From positions 3,872,001-3,936,000 of the forward strand of contig OZ242326.1 of assembly GCA_965208325.1 (NCBI GenBank): a stretch of 64,000 bases of DNA. Direction: 5' to 3'. The translations under genes were made by a program, and so were the position numbers. The notes below the pieces were generated by a model. The model saw only the letters and a program-made list of their open reading frames with translations. It was not told the origin of the DNA and ran no database searches. Positions 59,693-64,000 of this stretch are shown one piece after another; within the stretch, counting starts at the first letter, position 1; every line of letters starts with the position of its first letter. The DNA is from Candidatus Poribacteria bacterium. Its GTDB lineage: Bacteria > Poribacteria > WGA-4E > PCPOR2b.

Positions 59693-60811
59693 TTAAGCAT
59701 CACGCTTCTCGTCCTGAATTTGTTGTGCAGCCTCTAACAACGCGGCCGCTAAAAACTGAGGATTAACCTCAGCCTTTCCGCGAAATGTCCTTACTTTCTC
59801 GCCGCGAATCTTAAGTACTGCGAGTTCTTTGCCGCCTAAGTGAATTCCAGCTTCTGCATTACGCGTCTCTCCGGGGCCATTGACTTCACATCCCATGACG
59901 GCAACCGGAATCTTTATGCCGTGAGTTTCCAATAACGCCTCAGCGGCAGCGACTATCCCTTCATAATCTGCGAGTGGATCACCCCTTCCACAAAACGGGC
60001 ACGAGACTACATCCAATATATTATCCGCTAAACCCAATGTGCGAAGTAATTCCTTCGCCGTTAGAATTTCCTCGACGGGGTCGCCCGTTATTGAAATTCG
60101 AATAGTATCGCCAATACCATCCAATAACAGCGTGCCGATGCCGAGCGTGGATTTGACATGTGCGCGGCGAGGCGTTCCAGCTTCCGTCACACCGAGATGC
60201 AGTGGATACTCCACTTTTGCGGAGAGCAGCCGGTTCGCCTTTATCATTCTCCGTGGATCACTCGATTTAACAGAGATAGCGATATTCGTAAATCCGTGGT
60301 CTTCGCAAATTTTAACGTGACGCATCGCGCTTTCGACAAGCGCTTCCGCCGTAGGCGAGGGATATTTGTCAAGCAAGTCTTTTTCCAACGATCCCTCGTT
60401 GACCCCAATGCGGATTGGGATTCGCGCAGCGTTCGCTGCTGAGAGCACTTGGGCGATTCGCGGTTCATTTCCGATGTTCCCAGGGTTGATTCGAACTTTG
60501 GCGACGTTCGCGTCAATAGCCGCGAGGGCGTACCGATAGTTAAAGTGAATATCTGCGACAATCGGTACAGAAGCGCGCTTGACGATTGTGGAGAGAGCCC
60601 TCGCATCTCTTTCTTCAGGAACTGCTACTCGCACGATTTGTGCTCCGGCTTCCACGCACCGTTCGACTTGGCGTAAGGTAGCGTCTCTATCATACGTCAG
60701 GGTAGTCGTCATCGTTTGTATCGTAATCGGGTTTCCGTTACCGATTAACACATTCCCAACATGTATTTGCCGCGTGGGTTTTCGATTGCCGATTGGTGAT
60801 AAATATTCCAT
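59693..60811 (-). CDS. ispG: 4-hydroxy-3-methylbut-2-en-1-yl diphosphate synthase
   Basis: ADIHF, RINPGN, RIGVN.GSL, HLGVTEAG, GIGDTIRIS, SCPFCGR, MGCEVNGPGE. Confidence 0.96.
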   Translation of the reverse strand: MEYLSPIGNRKPTRQIHVGNVLIGNGNPITIQTMTTTLTYDRDATLRQVERCVEAGAQIVRVAVPEERDARALSTIVKRASVPIVADIHFNYRYALAAIDANVAKVRINPGNIGNEPRIAQVLSAANAARIPIRIGVNEGSLEKDLLDKYPSPTAEALVESAMRHVKICEDHGFTNIAISVKSSDPRRMIKANRLLSAKVEYPLHLGVTEAGTPRRAHVKSTLGIGTLLLDGIGDTIRISITGDPVEEILTAKELLRTLGLADNILDVVSCPFCGRGDPLADYEGIVAAAEALLETHGIKIPVAVMGCEVNGPGETRNAEAGIHLGGKELAVLKIRGEKVRTFRGKAEVNPQFLAAALLEAAQQIQDEKRDA

Positions 60812-60969
60812 AGGTCTTTTGCCTTTTCAAAACCGTTGAGACTGAGAGATTATGTCTCTTACAAAACATCCCTTACCGCTAAATGTAATATAGGCTAATT
60901 CCCTGTTGTTTCGAATCAGGTGAAATTCCAGTACACCTTAAAGGCTCAATTCACCCTAGGATTATGCGT

Positions 60970-61935
60970 TTATACGGAAATTGGAATACCTTCTTGTGCC
61001 GACTGGTTTGCAGCCAGCGAAATGGCAAGGCTTTTGACCGCGTCACTATATGAGCTGAGAATTTGAGATTCATCGCATCGGAAAACCGCATCAACAAACA
61101 CTTCATCAATACTTGGCCCAGGTGCTTGTTTGGAGACCTTTTGCCCATTTTCCTTCACCTGCACGCGGTCAGCTTCCCAATGGATAAACCGGTCGTCATA
61201 CAGAATGTCCAGAACGTTAGCATGTGACCAATCGTTCGGATCATACGACCAAGATGCCGTCAGTGATCCAATAGCGCCATTCTTGAATTTTAACGTCACG
61301 CAGTTGTTGTCAGGGCAATCTATATCCTTCAGAATACGATTTGTTTGCACGGCATAGACCTCCTCTACTTCACCAACGAGATAGCGCATCATATCAATTG
61401 TGTGCGTGGTCTGCTCTACCAACTGTCCACCCGACCGACTCATCTGATGAAGCCAACTGCCTGGAGTGCCGCGTCCCGTGCCGCTCCAGTATTTTCCAAC
61501 GGCCATATTTACGATTTCGCCATCAAGAATTTGACGCGCAAGCTGTGTCGATCCCAGGTACCGCAGTTGGTAACCAACGCAGGAAATTACCCCGGCAGCA
61601 ACTACTGCCTCCTCAATCTGTTTCGCTGTCTCCATGTTTATTGCAACTGGTTTTTCGACAAAAAACGGAAGTTTGCGTTCGATGATATCTAGCTCTGGCT
61701 GTCCATGGGCGAACACGGGAAGACTGACATAAACAGCATCAAGAACTTCTCTATCTAGCATTGTTTTGTGGTCGGTATAAGGATTCGCGTTATAGCTCGC
61801 AGCGGAACTGGTAGCACGAACTCCATCAATGTCACAGGTGGCAACAATCCGGACGTTTTCCATGTTGGACAACTGTTGCAGGTGTCCATTCGCATTTCCG
61901 CCGCAACCGATAAAGCCAATTTTAACTTCTTCCAC
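60970..61935 (-). CDS. Gfo/Idh/MocA-family oxidoreductase
   Basis: KIGFIGCGG, FVEKP, GYQLRY, SGGQLVEQTTHTID; GTG start after a GGGG RBS. Confidence 0.9.
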   Translation of the reverse strand: MEEVKIGFIGCGGNANGHLQQLSNMENVRIVATCDIDGVRATSSAASYNANPYTDHKTMLDREVLDAVYVSLPVFAHGQPELDIIERKLPFFVEKPVAINMETAKQIEEAVVAAGVISCVGYQLRYLGSTQLARQILDGEIVNMAVGKYWSGTGRGTPGSWLHQMSRSGGQLVEQTTHTIDMMRYLVGEVEEVYAVQTNRILKDIDCPDNNCVTLKFKNGAIGSLTASWSYDPNDWSHANVLDILYDDRFIHWEADRVQVKENGQKVSKQAPGPSIDEVFVDAVFRCDESQILSSYSDAVKSLAISLAANQSAQEGIPISV

Positions 61936-62484
61936 TGATTTCCCCTTTGAACCGGTGTTAACCCATGGTCGCTCGGATTCGCCTATGCCTGCGCAATCAA
62001 ACCTACACCACATCGGAAATTGTATCAAATTGTAACGCTGACCGTCAATGTGTTTATCCCAACGGCCCATCAGCAAATAATTTGGAATGAGGCAATAAAC
62101 TAAATTCCAAACTGCAATCCATCCGACGAACTTAAACATGGTTGCGCCGATTGTCCATATTTAGGCCATAGACTAAAAACCGTGAATTCCCCAGATTTGC
62201 AGAAGGCGATGTGTCCCGAAAGAGGCATTTTTCAACAACCATCGCCTGTGATTGAAAATGATGAGGATTTATCCATGCACTCAAGAAATCTAGCGCCGAC
62301 TACGAGATTAACTTTGATAAAATTCTGTCGGCTTTTGTTCTGTAGATGTTGGTCAAAGAATGCCGTAATGTATTTAATCGCGGGGATGATTCTTCATTTG
62401 CAACTCCATTTGCTGCTGTGGTACACTTTGTACGAGGGGGATGTTCACATTTTAGAGGAAAAATCGGTAGAAAAGGAAAAAAAT

Positions 62485-63558
62485 GTGGTTAGACAATCCA
62501 TTATATTATCAGCCGCCGTGTTAATTTTACTGGTTAGTAATGTGTCAGCTTCGGAGAAAATCGGCGCGCCTAATGCGGGCAAAAGATTCTCAGAAGACCA
62601 CATCATCACAGTATTGCCCTTCGATGCAATCCCCGCAATCAAGGATCCGCGGTTTGTCTCTGCCCGCGAGGCAAAATTGCGAGACGATTCACCGATGATT
62701 GGAGTCAGTTTCAACGGTGAAAGCCATGCCTACTCTATCTATCTGCTTAATGGGCACGAAATTGTCAACGATGTTGTTGGCGGCGTGGAAGTAGCGATTA
62801 CCTGGTGACCACTCTGTCGAACGGCAATCGTGTATAGCCGCGAACTCGAAGGAAAAACGTATACCTTTGGAGTCTCAGGCAAACTGCTTTACGATGCACT
62901 TCTGATGTATGACCATCAAACGCGTTCCCTTTGGTCACATATCACGGGGAAAGCAGTAACAGGGCAACTCAAAGGAAAACAGTTGTCAATGATGGCTGCA
63001 ATGCCGCAAATCACTTGGAAAGAGTGGCGATTAAACTACCCGAACACAAAAGTGCTCTCTGTTCAGTTCGATTCCCGTCATCCGAATCTGAAAATCGAAG
63101 AGCCGAAGTTCGATAGTTATGCAAGATATCGAGCTGGACCCAATGCAGGAATAAGTTCTACACAATATAACGATAACCGTTTACCGAATAAATCAGTCGT
63201 TATCGGTGTGCGAGTCAATGCCCGTTTCAGTGCCTATCCTCTTACAGCGTTTGACAGGACATCCGTTATAAACGATGTCATTGACGGTGTGCCGGTCTTA
63301 GCGTTTCACGACAATGTGTCCGGCGCGGCCGCTGTGTTTATGCGTGCACTGGAAGGGAAGATTCTCACTTTTGAGCCGTGCGGCGGAAATGTTGCCATAG
63401 ATACCACGACTGGCACGCGCTGGAATTTGGTCGCTGGCAAGGCTACCGAAGGAAAACTCAAAGGTAAGACTCTTGACCGAATTCCGGCGATGAATATCTA
63501 TTGGTTTGCATGGGGACGTTACCATCCTGAAACAACCGTCTATCAATTGCCGGATTAG
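62485..63558 (+). CDS. Probable selenoprotein: exported DUF3179-family protein, TGA=Sec at 62806-62808
   Basis: GTG start after AAGGA and a signal peptide; DAIPAIKDPRF, HEIVND, AITW-TGA-PLCRTAIVY, FGVSGKL, MYDHQTRSLWS, YWFAW. The frame is continuous across the TGA. Confidence 0.88.
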
Positions 63559-63673
63559 TGTACGCCGCCAGTAATCAAGAGACCAAAATCTTTGGATGGA
63601 TTTACAAACGCCGCCGAAATGATGCACCAAACCATCAGTGGAAATTCAAAAATCTCAAGGGTATTAGTTGAAA

Positions 63674-64000
63674 ATGTTGAAACGAGGAAGCGAAGTTAGA
63701 CTTTTCTGGCGTAAGCTGCGTCAAGGCAAGAAAACGAGAAAACAGAAACTCGCCATCCCGCTATCTCGTATGCTTTTTCTCCTGAATATCTGTTGCATGC
63801 CCATCGCGGAAACCTCTGATGCGGATAATTTTCTGACACGGGTGGATCGAGAAATATTTGATGCAATCTACGACACCCCGCCCCGGCGCGAACCCATCGG
63901 TACAGTTATGGAGAGAATTACCGACCTCGGCGATGCGAGAACGATGATGGGACTATCGATTGTTCTCATGGCTTACGGCGATGAATTACATCGCGAGACC
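63674..64000 (+). CDS. 5' part of a membrane protein, possibly PAP2 phosphatase family (partial)
   Basis: Open to the window end: ...VDREIFDAIY...VMERITDLGD..MMGLSIVL resembles PAP2 N-termini. The catalytic motifs are not in the window. Confidence 0.45.
   Translation, partial: MLKRGSEVRLFWRKLRQGKKTRKQKLAIPLSRMLFLLNICCMPIAETSDADNFLTRVDREIFDAIYDTPPRREPIGTVMERITDLGDARTMMGLSIVLMAYGDELHRET

Noticed and set aside
55406..62808. Alternative genetic code (TGA = Trp or Gly) as the explanation for the in-frame TGAs
   Set aside because: Conserved genes here end normally at TGA (ffh, ylqD, jag, sufS) and none has an internal TGA. Both read-through sites fall on a CxxC cysteine.
55223..63558. Treating 55223-55408/55484-56122 and 62182-62808/62830-63558 as four genes or two pseudogenes
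   Set aside because: Each pair is one continuous frame with a single TGA at the catalytic Cys and no other lesion.
1002..63630. Numerous 60-270 aa antisense or overlapping ORFs (e.g. 9075-9875, 31706-32233, 24294-24755)
   Set aside because: They are shadows of well-supported genes on the other strand or frame, with no motifs or RBS.
1..64000. CRISPR array, cas genes, rRNA, transposases, prophage, selA/selB/selD/tRNA-Sec
   Set aside because: No regularly spaced repeats or recognisable motifs were found. The HNH ORF is a short stand-alone type, not Cas9 or IscB. Sec machinery would have to lie outside the window.

Overview
A 64-kb bacterial chromosomal segment made up mostly of housekeeping genes. 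It comes from an outer-membrane-bearing organism (TonB-receptor-like C-terminus, lipoproteins, pdxJ) that also has Bacillota-like gene clusters (ylxM-ffh-rpsP-khpA-ylqD-trmD-rplS, jag, sufU). The style is compatible with Ca. Poribacteria, but that is an unverified impression. From left to right: an envelope-protein cluster; a partner-switching signalling operon (STAS, histidine kinase, REC-PP2C, RsbW-like kinase, STAS, degenerate AccD) directly downstream of mnmG-rsmG; tRNA-Leu(CAA); a GHMP-kinase/nucleotidyltransferase fusion; the SRP/S16/L19 operon without rimM; a repeat-rich accessory patch (26.7-31 kb); hslVU; moaA with an extended SUF operon; HNH-lipoprotein-rnpA-yidD-yidC-jag-mnmE without rpmH; rluB, pdxJ, a thrC-like gene and ispG. 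The main hidden signal is two gene pairs split in the ORF track that each read as one exported protein with an in-frame TGA at the first Cys of a CxxC motif. One is a thioredoxin-TPR protein (W-U-G-S-C, 55223-56122) and the other a DUF3179-family protein (W-U-P-L-C, 62485-63558). Each TGA is followed by a similarly placed small hairpin, so both are probable selenoproteins. Also present are a 205-bp CTAG-flanked MITE in two copies carrying a REP doublet, REPIN-like elements bracketing a VOC-GNAT pair, and a gene layout consistent with a ~40-kb inversion separating mnmE from mnmG. No CRISPR array, rRNA, transposase or Sec machinery gene is seen in the window.
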